A DNA stretch of 63,532 bases, filler included, from Kipferlia bialata (GCA_003568945.1; 3 parts of 3 records of this genome joined end to end with filler, not necessarily neighbours in it), one strand, 5' to 3'; positions 1-14,873 are shown, counted from the whole stretch's first letter. The notes: generated by a model not told the origin, from the letters alone. Numbers and translations: made by a program.

Positions 1-522
1 CAATAGGCCCTTAGGGGCCTACAAGCAACGCCCCATTATTACGCCAATATTTATACAACACATAAGGGGCTAGGCTTGATAGCCGCCAAAAACATAGATT
101 ATGCAATACTCTCAGGCTGCGACAAACCTCCTCTCCCACTCTACTAGTGTAGACAACGAGAGAGAATACGCTCAGAAGTTACGCAACACCAGATTCCGCC
201 ACCTGCTGCAACTACCATTCAAATCTGGAGCCTTTTCAGTGAATAGTTTTCACGCAACTGACAAAAATTCATGCTCAACAGACTCTGGCACTAACCAGGG
301 ACGGTGGCTGGTCACAAACCTTTACATTATTCATATATCAAGTTTCGGGGTGTAGGGATCCGTTTTGGACTCTTTTTTCCAATGAATCTCAGCAGCACTC
401 TCTAACTGTTGAATCTACAGTTCCTCGATAACTAAGATGGTCTCTTTGATATCTCTTCAATCAGACACTTGTTCACAGACACATAGCACTACAACCACAA
501 AACCACCTCTGTTACACCACGA

Positions 523-1341
523 ATGGATGATCCATATGGGATGGATCTGCCAGTACCAACCACACAAGACAAGAGAGACGCTCTGTTCAGGTGTCTGTCT
601 TCTCCACCAACTATCATGGTGTCATACTATACCGGTATTGGGTCCTCTACCTTCGTACACATCGTCTCTCTCACTAGAAATGTAGACTCTACATTGTAGA
701 GTATGATTAGATGATATTCATATAGTGTATAATACTGTTGTTCACATCTTCTCTCTCACTAAACAGGTTCATTGAGTCAGGCACCCGCTGGGAGTACACG
801 ATAGCGAGACAGGGCGGATGTGAAGGAGGTATTGTGAGTACACTAGCTTACTGCACTACTACATATCACTACTGCTGGTGGACAATACTTCTTGGTACCA
901 CACAGCCTGTGTGACACGGGAAGGGGAAGATGGACCTAGACCAGTGGCAGTGTCTGTTTAGTATTATATCATATATGATTCATATGGTTGAAGGCTTCAA
1001 CTTGAAGCATCTCAGAAGGCAGTGAACAATTCTCACTACCAGGTGTCTGGGACGAAATGTTCAGAGAGTAGTTTGGTGACTCTCAGAACCCATCAGCAGC
1101 AGCAAGGACTCTGATGACGGTGAACAAGCAGTACGTCTAGTAATACGATACATGTACTCCGGATCATAGTGGTTGTGTTGTAAGCCACCACTGGTGGTAG
1201 CGAAACCCATGGGTGGTCAAATCCTGCATTGTATAGTGTTACCAGTATTGGGAGGATAGTATAAAGTCATATGGCCCTACCATCAGGATCCTTGATGAGA
1301 TGGATGACGAGGAGATTGACAGGCTCACAGGTCTAATGGAG
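523..1341 (+). pseudogene. Multi-exon hypothetical gene with an in-frame TAG; paralog of the C-terminal part of the 3445-6565(-) gene
   Basis: Exons 523-590 (MDDPYGMDLPVPTTQDKRDALFR), 767-828 (FIESGTRWEYTIARQGGCEG), 1043-1130 (VWDEMFRE*FGDSQNPSAAARTLMTVNK, TAG at 1069-1071) and 1287-1341 (ILDEMDDEEIDRLTGLME), with GT-AG borders. Confidence 0.55.
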
Positions 1342-2265
1342 GTGGGTTCAATCCTAAGTCTCTACTATATACTATATAGTAACAGATACACGACTAAATT
1401 AGTGGCACTAATAGTCTTTTGTTAGGGTGACATAGTGTATAACAGACTACTAATTCTCTATGTAATCATTGATTACTAATCAATGGTCAATTCCCAGAAC
1501 GTTGTCTTCTTCAGTGTCCTGACACATCAGATGATCATGAGTGGGGAGATCAACCAGCTGGAGCTTCTGTCTGAGCACCCGTGGGTCCAGCCGTCCTGGC
1601 GATTCTTCTTTGATCTTCAGGGGCACCTTGTGGTATATGCCCGTAGATGAGGATTGGATGTAACATATAGCCACAGAGGCTCATGCCTTTGAATATTTGT
1701 ACAACATGGATATGTAGTCTGAGAATACTTGTACCAGAGCTTGAGACACTGAATGAATGCAAAGGTATATTGTCTATAGACTCCACTGGTTGCAGTGCTC
1801 TTTCAGCACTGGGTTTGATGTCGTATGAGACACAATATACTTCATTTTATGATGAGTGTGTCAAGCCGACTGCTGTAGAGAATCTGCTGATAGCATTAGC
1901 TGATGCAGTCTTGGGACCCTCAGTGAGGGCATTACCGACGGGACCTCAAGGAGAGTTTCCATGTGTGGTCTTAGCTACCAATGAAGGTTTCAATAGGATA
2001 TGGGTGAGGGATTCATTTTGGGACTCTCGTTGGCACAGTGTGGCATTGAGACTCTCAATTTGAGAGGCACTCTCTTGCTGAGAGTTTCAGTGGCACTAAA
2101 ACACCACTGGGAGTATCCTATTCAATAGGATATCTTTTGTCAACCGCACTGGTAGTATGAGCCATGCGATCTCAAATAGCTCTTCTACATACTTCTGTAC
2201 TCTGGAACCGCCATCGTTAGATTGACACTTCTAAATCTTAAAGTACATATTGTGTGCCCACACTG

Positions 2266-3216
2266 ATGTCTGGTGTATTCTGTCACCACTGTAGCGTACA
2301 CGCTACCCCCAGTGACATTCGCTGTGTTGTTGACATCGACCCACGTACCCATGCTGTCCTGCAGACGGATGGTGTCATACACATTCACTCCCTACGCAGT
2401 GACAACACTATTGAGGACAAGACAATACTCTGGCCAGGTATAAGGAACCTGGTAGGGTGCGTGGGCGGTGTGCTCTATGGACATGAGAGTCTGCATGCAG
2501 ACTATTGTCAGTTCTTAGTAGCCATTGACCTGGCAACAGAGTCGAGATACCCCATGGAGGACGTTCTACTGGAGCTCCCAGAGGACACCTGCTACCAGAG
2601 CACTCAGGCCACCTTCGTACTAGAGAACTGCATATACAGAGTGGAGAAGTCAAAGACTGACGGAGAACCCTGCTGCCTCAAGACCTACAGATTTGACCCT
2701 GATGCGCCTGAGTATGGGTGGGTAGAGTTAGACACCCCCACTCCTGATCTCCAGTCAAAGAATCTGAATACTGCCTCAGCACTAGCAGTTCTACCTGGTA
2801 TAGGTGGGCGGGCATATGCAGTGACATACAAGGAGGGAAACATCCTTTCCTTTTCCCCTGCAAGCGGTTGGATTGAGGAGAAGTGTCAAGTCACTCGCAC
2901 TAGCGTTCCTGTTGGTCAGAGCAGGTTCTCTATCTTATCAGACATCTCATGTGTTGGAGTAGGTCAGTATCTCTTCATTAGTCAAGAACTGAAGGGGAAC
3001 AGGGCCATACCAGTATCCTGGCTGGCATACGACACCATATCAGGTGACATCACACCTCTGCAGGTAGACTCTGGGGAGACATGCGTGTGTGGGAAGGGCA
3101 TGTTCACTGCAGCACTAGCCCTGAGAAGCACAAGACCACATGCGCTGCACTTTGTTGATACATCCTTTGTATACCCTCAGGAGGGACGGAGATGGGCAGT
3201 GTCCAGGCCTCTGTAA
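2266..3216 (+). CDS. Intronless Kelch-like/beta-propeller hypothetical protein (~316 aa)
   Basis: Long ORF (first ATG 2266) with beta-rich blades such as TYRFDPDAPEYGWVEL, ILSFSPASGW, VGQYLFI and LAYDTISGD. The fold call is from motif resemblance only. Confidence 0.6.
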   Translation: MSGVFCHHCSVHATPSDIRCVVDIDPRTHAVLQTDGVIHIHSLRSDNTIEDKTILWPGIRNLVGCVGGVLYGHESLHADYCQFLVAIDLATESRYPMEDVLLELPEDTCYQSTQATFVLENCIYRVEKSKTDGEPCCLKTYRFDPDAPEYGWVELDTPTPDLQSKNLNTASALAVLPGIGGRAYAVTYKEGNILSFSPASGWIEEKCQVTRTSVPVGQSRFSILSDISCVGVGQYLFISQELKGNRAIPVSWLAYDTISGDITPLQVDSGETCVCGKGMFTAALALRSTRPHALHFVDTSFVYPQEGRRWAVSRPL

Positions 3217-3444
3217 GTGTGTTGCTCCTGTTTGAAGACTCAGGTGTCTTCATGCGTTATGTTCTCGGATCACTACCGAGACAAAACCCCTGCTTAGTAT
3301 CACTCTTTCACAGCATAAAGTAAACAGATACCATCTGTCAGATAATGACACTGTCATTATGACAGTCATTCGTGAGTTTCCTTCTCAAGGACTCTAAGTT
3401 TTGGCCTCTAACTAGTAATGGATACTTGTCTATTGAGCGTATAT

Positions 3445-6400
3445 TCAAGCTTCCTCCGTGTGTGGATCCCTGATCCAGTAAAGCACAAACTCTCCAGTGT
3501 GTGTGTAGAAGAACCCCTTCACCTGGTGAGTCTGCATGTCTTCCTCATCCATCTCGTGCAGAGCTCCAGCCAGTATTAACTACCAATCAGAAGGAGTAAA
3601 CAGTGAGGCAAATATGCAGTTCTAGAATAACAGGGATAGTATACATACCCCCATGATGCCTGATAGTCTCTGCACTTCAGCTGCGTCCATCTGAGAGACA
3701 ATACTGGGGGTAAGGGTTGTACTTGTGCCACAAGTACTGTTATAACTAATGACTTCAAGTACTGTTCCGCAACATGCAGAACATACTTTTTAGCAGTGTG
3801 AAGCACATATATACAGACTGTCTTCTGGTGGACAAACACCAGTTCTGTTAAAGTATTATGTGAATAGTTATTGTGTGGGTATGGTGATTCACAGGAAAGG
3901 TGTCGTCATGTACATACCTCCTGTTTAGGTCCATTAGTGCCTGTGCAGACTTCTGTGGGTCAGCCGGGTCTCCCAGTAAGGGGGTGTAGTCCGTTTCGGC
4001 ATGCTCTGGGTGAACTAAAGTGTATTTTACAAACCATGTATATGCAGGTAACGATGGCAAAATATGTATGAAGAGAAGATAGATGCTCGAGCACCACAGA
4101 TAGTGCTCACAAGCAACTATCTATACCTGACACAGGAGAGTCGATAACTCTAGTCCAGTCAATGGACGTCTCAATGAACCTGGGTGAGTCCAGTCTATAT
4201 ACATGATGATCATATCAGATATGATTCATATCTTGTGATAGATACAAGGCCCGTGTATTACAGAGGGCGTCGACACAAATATTCACACATAGATTCACAT
4301 CAGAGTATGTCAAAACATATAGATGTACACACATAGAACATGATATACCCTCATTGATATGGACGGTTCTATGAATTGTAGTTTGGAACTACTTGTTACG
4401 TCAATTGGACTTATGTACCTGAAGAGTTCACCCTTGCGCTGCTCTAGTGACACCGCTATAGCCTCGCTCGGGTCCTGTGACATACCACACGTCGGTATCT
4501 GTCTGACAAATTAGAAGTCTCTCTGAGACTGAGGAGAGTGTGTCTCCTGTGATGGGTATCTCCTCAGTCAACAGCAGCCAAAGATGGTATGATACTGTAT
4601 ACCCCTCTCTTCACATTCTTTTGGGATCTCAAACCTAGTCAGACAACCCCATATGTGATATGGTTTCGTTCCACTGTATCAGAGGCTCCGATTCAGCATT
4701 AATTCCACATGCACTTTAAGAAGTCTAGTTACTCATGCAATGGTACATTTACTGTACTGCAAGTACAGGTCCATAGGACTACACTTTTCCTCTATACCAC
4801 TAAACACAGTTATGTCTCTCCTACTATATATATGGATCACCGCTCATATGCAGTATTGAATCTTGTTGGTCAACCATCTGAGACATTTGGGCCAAGTGCA
4901 AAATCTAGAGCCATAAAGGAGCCCCATCCACCTCACTAAGGATGGATTTCACTTCAGCTCGTGTCTGTTGGGCTAACTGGCTGTTTCTCTTGGGCCTCCT
5001 CTTGTAGCGAGGACGAGCGGGGATCTTCTGCGCATGTATCTGAGTCAGTTAATGTTCAGACTAGAATCGCCTATGCATGAAACGGTTTCACTTACCCTAA
5101 AGAACGCATCCAGTCTCTGTCCTATGTAGTAGAGCTCTGTCCGCATAGCAGTCACATCCTCGTCTTGATAAGTCAGGCTCACCACCTTCTGTCCCTCACT
5201 GTTGGTGCCCTCTGTGTATAGGTCTGACAGGGAGATCAGTCTTCCCTCTCGGTTTAGGGTTGTCTTGTGCCATATTATCCTCTCGCTCTCCCCGACGAAC
5301 TTCGAGAACCGCATCTGGTCTCTCACAGGCTGCAGGGCGTCAGCATTGGCAGCTGATCAGTGAGCATCAACTTACAAGACATCATACACGTGTATAGTGT
5401 AACTCTTCCATATGCAATGGTCAAGTATTAATTACTATGTATAATATTGAGTTGCTTTTAGCTTAGTGTGTATGGATATACTTCCAACTCTCACCATTCC
5501 CAGTCCACAATGCAAACAGGCGCCAGATAGGGAGTGCTGCCTGGAGTGTCAGTCTCTACTGAGTAGAGTCCACTCTAGCACCAACAGCATCAGTATCATT
5601 GATACGTAGAGTGACTCTAATAGAGTCAATGCCCACACTGAATGAAATTCAGTATCGAGTCTAGTAGTAAGTTACTACTAGTAACCAATTGGCATGCTAT
5701 TGTTGAGTCAATAATATTGACCCAATCAAATTGATTGAATCAAAAACTCTACTCAGTAGGTTTAGTTGCTACAAGTATTCCAACCTGAAGAGTCTGCTTG
5801 TTCAGTGGCATCTCTCTCACGACGGCCACAAGAGCATCACATGTCCCGCCATAGATACGGTCCCTTTCGCACATTTCAGAAGGACTTCTAGACTCTAGTG
5901 TGAGGCCAACTATATTGGTCGGTATGTCACGCAGTAGTATTTGTACCCATGCAAGTTACAGAGATGAAATTACTTTCTATCTCCTGCATCATGACCAAAT
6001 AGTGTATACTTCACCAGAATACTGCATATATACCTTCGACGACCGCCATGAAGAAGAGGAGCTTTGCTATGTTACCCACAAGCTGAGTCTCCTGACTTGA
6101 GTACTTCATTGACTTCAGCACCTTGGCGTGAGTACGACTTTACGTGCATCATTGCACAGATAGCCTATCTGTGACAGATAGGGTGTTCCACTCAGGTTAC
6201 ACTGCCTCAGTTTCGACAAGGAGTGCTGTATCTAGGGCTGGCGAGAACAAACGGTTCAAACGCTCAATAATTCAGGTACCTTTAAGAGGGCAAGGTGCAA
6301 GTCGGGAATGTAGGCTGGGACAGAGTTCAGATCTGAGTTGAGTGAGTACTTGTAAGTATCAGTTAGTGATAGAGTATGAATTAATGGAGTGTAGTCGTCT

Positions 6401-6565
6401 ACGTACAGTACGCTTGACGCACAACAGATGTCTCAACCATAGCATGAGCCAGCACCCGACCTCCTCTCAGCCAGTTTAAGGGTTGATTCTGACGCAACCC
6501 GATGTTAGCGTTGCAAAGAGCCTTCGACACTGGTCGGAGAAAGAGTGAAGCCTGTCTTATTGGCA
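3445..6565 (-). CDS. Multi-exon hypothetical protein (mirror of 23232-26352)
   Basis: Reverse complement of the + strand model; may be continuous with 6752-10370. Confidence 0.5.
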
Positions 6566-6751
6566 CTGGGTTAGGCGAGGATACAGGTACGGTGTTCTGT
6601 TCGAATGGCCTTGAAAAAAAAATTCTTTATTACAGGTAGGGCTGGGCCAGCTATATATTTTATATATATATAAAATTTGACATTGAAAATATATAATAAT
6701 TATATAATTATAGGCCTATACCCTGTAATTTACAGGGTATAAATAGTAATA

Positions 6752-9700
6752 TCAGTTGTGAGTCATAAGTTGTGACTGAGGGTATCGTGATATTATCCTA
6801 CAGTGCACTTGCCGCGTACTCTTTGCTGCTGTGGATAGCAGAACATTGGAGGAATCAGCAAGGAGCTGGTGGTTAGAACTAGACGGTTGGTGTGCCAACT
6901 TCGATACCTATTTGCTATTATAGCTCACCTCTAATATTGCTGCTGTCCCGAGGGGGGTTCGGCACTTCCAGGAGGAAATCAGCGGGTACAGTGAGGACTG
7001 AATCGAGTAGGGTCCGTCAATAAGGGACTCTATTGATGTCACAGAGTCTGTGATAAGTAAAGTTGCAGCTAAGGGAGTCATACTCCCAAGGTGGAGTAGA
7101 ATATATAGTCATTGGTCTTTCCCATCATGTGTATGGATGACGACTCTGTGGATGAGAAAGACTTGATGCAACGCCTCTCACCTCTCCTTAGAGCCCCACA
7201 AAGAAGAGCGATTGTGGCTGATCTCGTGATCTGATAGTCGTACCGCAGGGTGGCTGGGTTAGTGAGGCTGAATAGAGTTGTATATGTAACATATACAGTA
7301 TATGTTGCTGTATATCGTTTTGCTCTCGTCCTAGATCTGAGCTGCTCTTTACTACGACTGCTTAGCTGCAACGCCCGTTACTACAACTCATTTACACGCA
7401 CCTTCCCCTGTCCGTATGTGGTTGGGCATAGCAAGTACATGGTGCAAGAGGGGCAGAAAGCCAAGCCTCAGTGTGCCACCGTCGATGGCAGAACCTAGGA
7501 GGTGGGAACATATCCAAATGTCTGCATTATTCTATGCAATATACTAACTCGTTCTATTATACATTGCATTCGTACCTCTAGCTAGGAGCATCCGGGTGAA
7601 CCTCGAAAGCCAGACCTCATGCTGGTGTCAGGCGGGGATGAAAAGGACTGATGAACTGGATTCTTCATTGCTAATCAGCATTGTGCGCAATAGTGACGAC
7701 ACTACTCCCTTCACCTCTGGGTGTCTCTTGGCCTGTGTGGCAAGTGCAGACAGAATCCCAGCATCGAAAAGGTGACTACAGGAGCTCTCTAGCCGTGAGA
7801 TCATTCCAGCCATTGTATGAATAGAGCAAATATACTATATTTAATATAGACCAGCCTGCCACTTCATCAGCTGCTTTTAAACGTCTACTACTTGCCTGTG
7901 TGTGTGAGTGGCGTCAGCATCATGTATCCATACTCAGGACACATGTCCCCGTGGGTCTCGAGGATGTGGACAAGCTGCTTCACAGTGTCGATATCTAGTT
8001 CGATACTTGGTGCTAATGTTACTTGATGGAGTAGTAGCACTACCTATGGATACAGTTAAAGAGTTATGTTCGGATACTTAGTGACACACATACCGTGGAC
8101 AATACTGTGTAAGAGCTTCAGGGCTGCCTCACTAACCCGCCAGAGTTCCCGTCTGGCCATCACTTTTGACGGATCCTCAAAGGGCTTCTTCTCTGTCACT
8201 GTCTTCCTGCCCTTCTCTTGCTTCTCTGCCTTTCTCTTCACTCCTCTCTTGTCACCTCTTGTCCGATCCAGCAGTCTCCTGATGTTGGAAAACACAGTGT
8301 TCACCTGGTAAGACATCTCTGCCGCATTATATTTGTCTAGGGGTACGGAGCTGGCTGCTAGTCTCGCAGAGACGGAGTGGAGGGTAGACAGTATATCTGT
8401 CTTGATGGCTACTTTCTTAGCCAGGGCTGGGTGCTGCTTAGTAGGTGAGAGTGCCTGCTTAAACGGGCCGGCGCTGCTGGCCAGCACTGAACCACCGCAC
8501 CACCAGTTAACAGTGGTAGGTCCTGCACCCATCGCATCAGCATTGCTCTCTCTCGCTCTCTTACTACCACACTTGACTGGCAGGACATTCCCAGCTGTCT
8601 GGTCGAGGGACACACATGGAAGGTGCAGTGCAGGATCGTCTGTCCCGGCAGTAGATACCATACGCAGGTCACCATCCGCATCCCTCCCTCCTCCCTCTTG
8701 CTTCACACTCTTTCCAGTGGCAACCCATGCGCCCACCTCCCCACACATGGACTTATCGGAGAGAATAGGATGACATGTAGTCTTTTGGGTGTCAGGTACT
8801 TCCCAATTAACCTGAGTGGCAGAAGGGATTGTTCCAGAGTCAGCAGCTGGAGTACTCACTGACGTGTCAACCCACTCAGAGTCGCAAGAGGCCTCTATCC
8901 CTGGAATGATTCCGTCAGCAATGGTGTACCCTGGGGAACCCGTAGAGAATGGTCTAAGACTTGCTGGGTATCTGTTGGCACTGGTAATGAACTGTCTCTC
9001 CAGTGCTGCTGCATCCAGAACTGACTGAACACAGGGGCAGATGCCTGGGGTTAGTCCTTAACGTTGCTGCTTTTGCTCGCACTTACTACAATACTCGGTG
9101 TTCATTCATATATTTACCATATTAGTATTGTATAGGTATATACCTGTGTTCAATAGATACAGGGCACATGCCATGGGCTCAGAGGCGGGTTCATCTCCTG
9201 ATGTCAAATATATATAGTCATTCAGGAGTGATAGTAGGTATATACAGTGGATGTGTAACAAATCCGACGTATAGCAAGTTGGGATGATTTTACGAATTCA
9301 TGGTAACTGACCTGTGGATCCAGTCCACACGACTGCCCGTTCCAGGACATAGTGAGTGAGCGTGTCCAAGATACTGAAGCGTCAGACTATAGAAAGCCTA
9401 GTGATTTGGATTATTGACTATAATCATTGATATTATCAGTCTCCTTACCTGGTTACAACGTCCCAGTTGTGGGGCTCCTGTACGAGTGTCCGAGCAGCAT
9501 TGATCAGTATGGAGCACAGTTCACCAAGTTCATTGAAGGAGAAGGCTGGGAGGTGTTCTGGTCGTCAGTCTGTGTTGGGTCACTCTAGTCTAGAGTCTCT
9601 ACACTGCTATCCAATTTACAGTATGTGTTACTAATGCGAAACCAAACACCTAGTTACCGACCTACCTATGAGCGTCTGAAGGGGAACCATGGCGTCATAG

Positions 9701-10370
9701 AGAGTCACTGGGCAGGTAGGGTGAGCTCTTAAGGCAGTAAGACACACACTGAAACAGGGGACAGCTAGAGCTGAGGTGAGAATCAACTCACATGGGTATG
9801 GATCGTCATTGGTTGCACATATGACTACACACGCTGACCACTTACATTTGTACCCTCCGCACTCCCTCTCCATGTCCAGCAGAACCGCCCCGGTCTCCAC
9901 TCCTGAGGACAGACTATCACTCAGGCGTCTCTGGATCTCGGTCATCCTACTGTAGATGAGTACCGGTGATGTGGTTTATTAAATATATCTCATGTACTTG
10001 TATTCATGTGAAATGCCGGTGTCACAGCTTGGACCGCTTTACTCATGCCAGTGTCTATCATTTAGAGTGAGATGAAGTGGCGTATACTGTGGATATATTA
10101 CCTCAGAGCCTGTAATTTTCTGTTCCTACCACTGAACAGCGAAGGCTCTGCTCCATCATGTGCGACTGGTCCCTCCCTCCCCTGCCCACCAGTGGTTGAC
10201 CCCTGAGACACTGCCTCACTCACAGTGTGTCTCTCTTGGATGTCTTCAGCTACACCCCCACCCACCGTTGCGGTCCCTCTGTGACGGTGTCGTGACTCCG
10301 CCAAGTCTACCTCCTTTGAGGAGTGCTTAGGCCTCCTCTTAGCAGTCGGTACCTTTGGTTTAAGAGTCAT
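6752..10370 (-). CDS. Multi-exon hypothetical helical (ARM/HEAT-like) protein (mirror of 19427-23045)
   Basis: Contains ORFs 10098-10370, 8056-8859 and 7628-7813 as exon parts. Confidence 0.55.
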
Positions 10371-10898
10371 ACGTGAGTCTCTTGGTCAAAGTTAGAGAGG
10401 GGTCCTTGAGTGTCGCATGTCATATGTTGGTCAACAGTGGCAGGGGTGAACAGTGACTACATATTTGGTGAACAGTGACAAGTTTTCAACAGGTGTATAG
10501 TATACACTGTATACAGTGACAAAGTGTCCCCCACCGTTAGGACATGATTTGAGAACATATACAGTACCTGTCAGACTGGGAGATTACAGTTGGTAGAGGA
10601 CTAGAGAATAGTCTGGTGCCCGATATATTTATTTCCTTAGTGCTACACATAGAAACACCTCTAAATGCTTGAGGGGTCGGGAACTGAGACCACTCCAGTA
10701 TTCAGTTAAAGGAAAATAATTTACGTCTATTACAAAGTACGCTCCGCCTTTAACATGTCCGCAGTTCAACAACCAGCGACTTCCACCTGTCCACTGACCT
10801 ACTGTCCATAGGGGGGCCTCTCTCTGCTCCATCATAGTACCACCCTGAGCATCTTCCTCAGGCATCAAGAGCCAAAGGTTTCTTTCCAGTCCACTGAC

Positions 10899-11258
10899 CT
10901 ACTGGCCGTACATGTATGCCAGGGGAGGGGGGCCATCAGCTAGAGTGAGAGACAGGAAAGGAAGAGAGAAGAAACACTGGAATACGGAGTGATTGTAGAC
11001 TAAATTGTTCCCTATACACATATGAACATACCATCTGTGTTTGTGTTTGTGGGCTGGTATGCTGTGTCTGGGGTGTACTGGTATAGCATGTCAATTGGTT
11101 ATATATATATATATATACATAGATCATTGTTGCAGATATATAAATATAAATATAAACATACCATCTGTGTTTGTGGGCTGGTATGCTGTGTCTGGGGTGT
11201 ACTGGTATGTGAAGGCATCGTCAGCGGTGGCAGGGGGGTTGTACTGAGGTAATGTAGA

Positions 11259-11296
<38 letters not shown>

Positions 11297-12790
11297 TGAA
11301 GGCATCGTCAGCAGTGGCAGGGGGGTTGTACTGAGGTAAGATAGAGAGAGAGAGAGAACACTCCGGGAGGGTTGCACTGGGGTTGAGAGGGAAGCATATT
11401 AATAGCGAGCGAGCGAGCGAGAGAGAGAGGAATATTACTGTACATACATACATTCATATATATACAGCTGCTACTGTACCTGCAGGTCTGCGCCTCCCTG
11501 TGTCCCGTATGCCCCTCCATATGCCGTGTCTGCTGAGTATGCAGAGGGACCAGAGGGGTTGCCGTATGCCCCAGCTGTAGAGCCATATGCATCATTGCCA
11601 CTAGGGGGTACGTATGATGGCACAGCGGGTGCCATAGGGGCCATAGGAGCAGGGGCTGGGTTTGCACTAGAGGCACTAGCAGGTGTAGGTGCATTGTATG
11701 CGGTGCTGGACGATGCCCCGGGCTGCACATGGGAGAGTCTGTCAGAGGTGGACATGCGGCCTAAGAGATTAGACAGAGAGGGAGTGAGAGGGAGAGATAC
11801 CAGACTATATGGTAACCACTATACCAATGTACCTGTTGGGAGTCCCACCGGTACAAACCCTGTGGCCCCGGCAGATGTCAGTAGCTCCTTGGGAGGGGGG
11901 TTGGGGGGGCGGACCTGGGGTGGGAGAGATTACATTCATCACATACTAGAGAGTGTACGTGGATGAACACCAGTCGTGTATGCTATGGTACCATTGTATG
12001 TACCTCAGTGTTGAATGCGGGTGGTACACTGAGCGCATCCATAGGTGCAAGGGGAACAGGGGCAGCGTCAAGGGCAGCTGGGGGTTAGTGTATATTGAGG
12101 AAAGAGAGAGACATATATATATATGTAAAGGGCAGCATGATAAGGGGAGCTGGGGTTAGTATACGTTACAGTATATGTAAATGCAATAATATATATAGAG
12201 ACAAAGGTAGGCAACCTCGAGGGGGCAACCTCGAGGGCTCCAATAATAGTATACACATATGTATCACAATGACCACACCTGATGTAGTCCAGTGGATAGG
12301 GACCTTGAGACTGGCACTGCAACAGCCATGCACATCTAAGGGTTAGAAACAATATATAGAGTGGATACTTCCATACACATATATCCCACCATATTAGTAT
12401 ATAGAGTGAGACTGGCACTGCAGCCATGCACATCTGGGGGGTGAGCAGTATACACTTAGGGAGTCAAGGAATGGTCTGTTAGTGCTATACATATGGGTTC
12501 ATGAAGACCATGATGGTTGAAGAGGCCAGTTACTATTGATATATATCAATACATAGATACATACAAATATTGACATGTGCTAGTACCAGTCTTGACCTCG
12601 ATGTAGTATATCTATAGTAATACGAATATAGTATATATATAGTATATATAAGGTACATATATATTTAAATAGTAATAGCATGTACATATGTGGTATTACC
12701 TGTCTTGACCTCGATGTATGTGTTCATCATGAAGATCTGAGAGACCTCACCCTGAGCAGAACTGTCCAGCTTCCTATGCATTAAGGGTGT

Positions 12791-12836
<46 letters not shown>

Positions 12837-14851
12837 CCTGTAGTCCTGTGCGGGCAGGGTAAGGAACTTCTTCTCCCAGGCATACTCGCCAAGCTGACTA
12901 TTAGATCAAATATACGTACACTTGGACAGTATGCAGACATTTTGCATGAAGCGAAAACCATGTGTGCAATACATACCCTGTCGTATCCCTTGATCTCCTC
13001 GTTGGGCTTGCGGTGCTCGGCACTGAGAGTGAGAATCAACGCAGGGTGATCAAAAGATTGCGTTTGACACTGATAATAATAGTATATATATATACACACC
13101 TGTTTGGCCAGATCTCTATGGTGATAAGGGTGATCGTCTTTCTATATATACATATATATACATATATATATACATACCTGTTTGGCCTGATCTCTATGGT
13201 GATGGGGGTGACTGTCCTTCCTCCAAAGGGCTCAATGGCCCTGGGCAGGATGTACTCGCCCTGCAGATAAGATACTCGCACACACACACACATATAAATA
13301 TACATTGTAGGGAGTGATATGATTCTGTGGGTTTACGTCGGCAATCGACATGAAACAACAGTGGAACAAATAGAAAATATGGTCAGATTTAGGTATGAAA
13401 GGAAATACAAATATGAATATAATAATATACAACTAATTTAATACATAGATATGAAGTGAGTATTTGTACCATACCATACCTTGATGTGGTGGATGTACCC
13501 GGTCACATACTCATTGGACCTGGGAGTGAGAACAGTATGGAAATGACTCTCATCATTGAATAGTCAATATATATGTGTTCAGATGTATTATTGGACCTGA
13601 GAGTAAGGCAATATACTAACAGTGGAACATATGGAGTTGCTTGATGTGCACATAAATACTTAACTATTGGTATCAATATTTAGTGAGGGGGACAGGATAC
13701 GTGTTGCATATATGCTATGATACTGAATGTATACGTTTTCTATATATACCTTCCGGGGTTGAACTTGCGGCATATCTTGTAGCCGAGGGACCAGGAGATC
13801 TGGGAGTAAGGACAAGTATGCAATAATAATGACAATATATATATATATATATATTCTATCAATAATAGTACCCAATACAGTCCTATACCTGAGTCACTGG
13901 CTTCTTGCCAAGGTTCTCGATGTTGAGGGTCAGCGTGGTGCCACGGCTGGAGGGTCAGAATAACGTGGTCTTAAAGATATATGAGACCCACATATTCACT
14001 TCAGTGAGGAAGATAACCTATGGGAGGAACTGGAAGAGAGATGCCTACCTGGGTGATGTGACTAGGCATGGCACACTGCCAAATGTAAATATAGAGAGAG
14101 AGCAAGATATCCAATGGGAGGAACTGGAAGAGAGACATGTACCTAGGCGATGTCACTAGGCACGGCACACTGCCTGTGAGGTTGACAAGGCCCTTCTTGG
14201 AGCAGCAGGCAGTGCTCTCGACCTAGGGTGAGGAAATATGCCCGTGAAGAGAGAGAGGGAGCAATATATATATATAGAGAGAGAGTACACGTACACGCTC
14301 ACTCATGGGCAGGGGTCTCTGAGGGTCGTTGGGGTCTGAGGGGATGGGTGTGTATCTACCACCGGGGGGAGGGATCACGTAGAACAGGCATCCCAAGTCC
14401 TCATCGATGCCTAGGGGGTTAGATTATATATATAATATTTAGAAATAATACATATATTATTATATATATATACACACAAATATATGTAGACACACATATA
14501 TGTATACTATAGGTATCACGTAGAACAAGGTACCCAGGTCCTCATCGATGCCTAAGGGTTAGAAAATGGATATACACACACACATATAAATGTAGACATA
14601 TATATATATATATATATACACTATATGTATCACGTAGAACAAGGTACCCAGGTCCTCATCGATGCCTGGAGGTTACAATACATATACATATATACACACA
14701 TATATATACACATACATATATGATGCAATACTGTAATGAAATTGAAAACTACACAGTAGATCAGAATACTTCATATATACCTCTTGCAATGACAATCTTC
14801 ATCCTGAAGAAGTATCTGATGCTGTTGGCCATGGTGGTCCTGGGGACATCC
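10899..14851 (-). CDS. Alpha-arrestin-like protein, 5'-truncated (mirror of 14946-18898)
   Basis: Reverse complement of the + strand copy. Confidence 0.75.
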
Positions 14852-14869
14852 CTAGGGATTAGATGGGTC

Positions 14870-14873
<4 letters not shown>

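Noticed and set aside
1069..1071. In-frame TAG suggesting UAG reassignment, as in some fornicates
   Set aside because: Rpt4 ends in TAG exactly at its conserved C-terminus (48184-48186), and the MFS, arrestin and LRR models also end in TAG. A nonsense mutation or base error is more likely.
1480..2160. Short ORFs and a TATCCTATT-C-AATAGGATA hairpin, possible transposon relic
   Set aside because: No transposase or reverse transcriptase motif, terminal repeats or target-site duplication recognisable.
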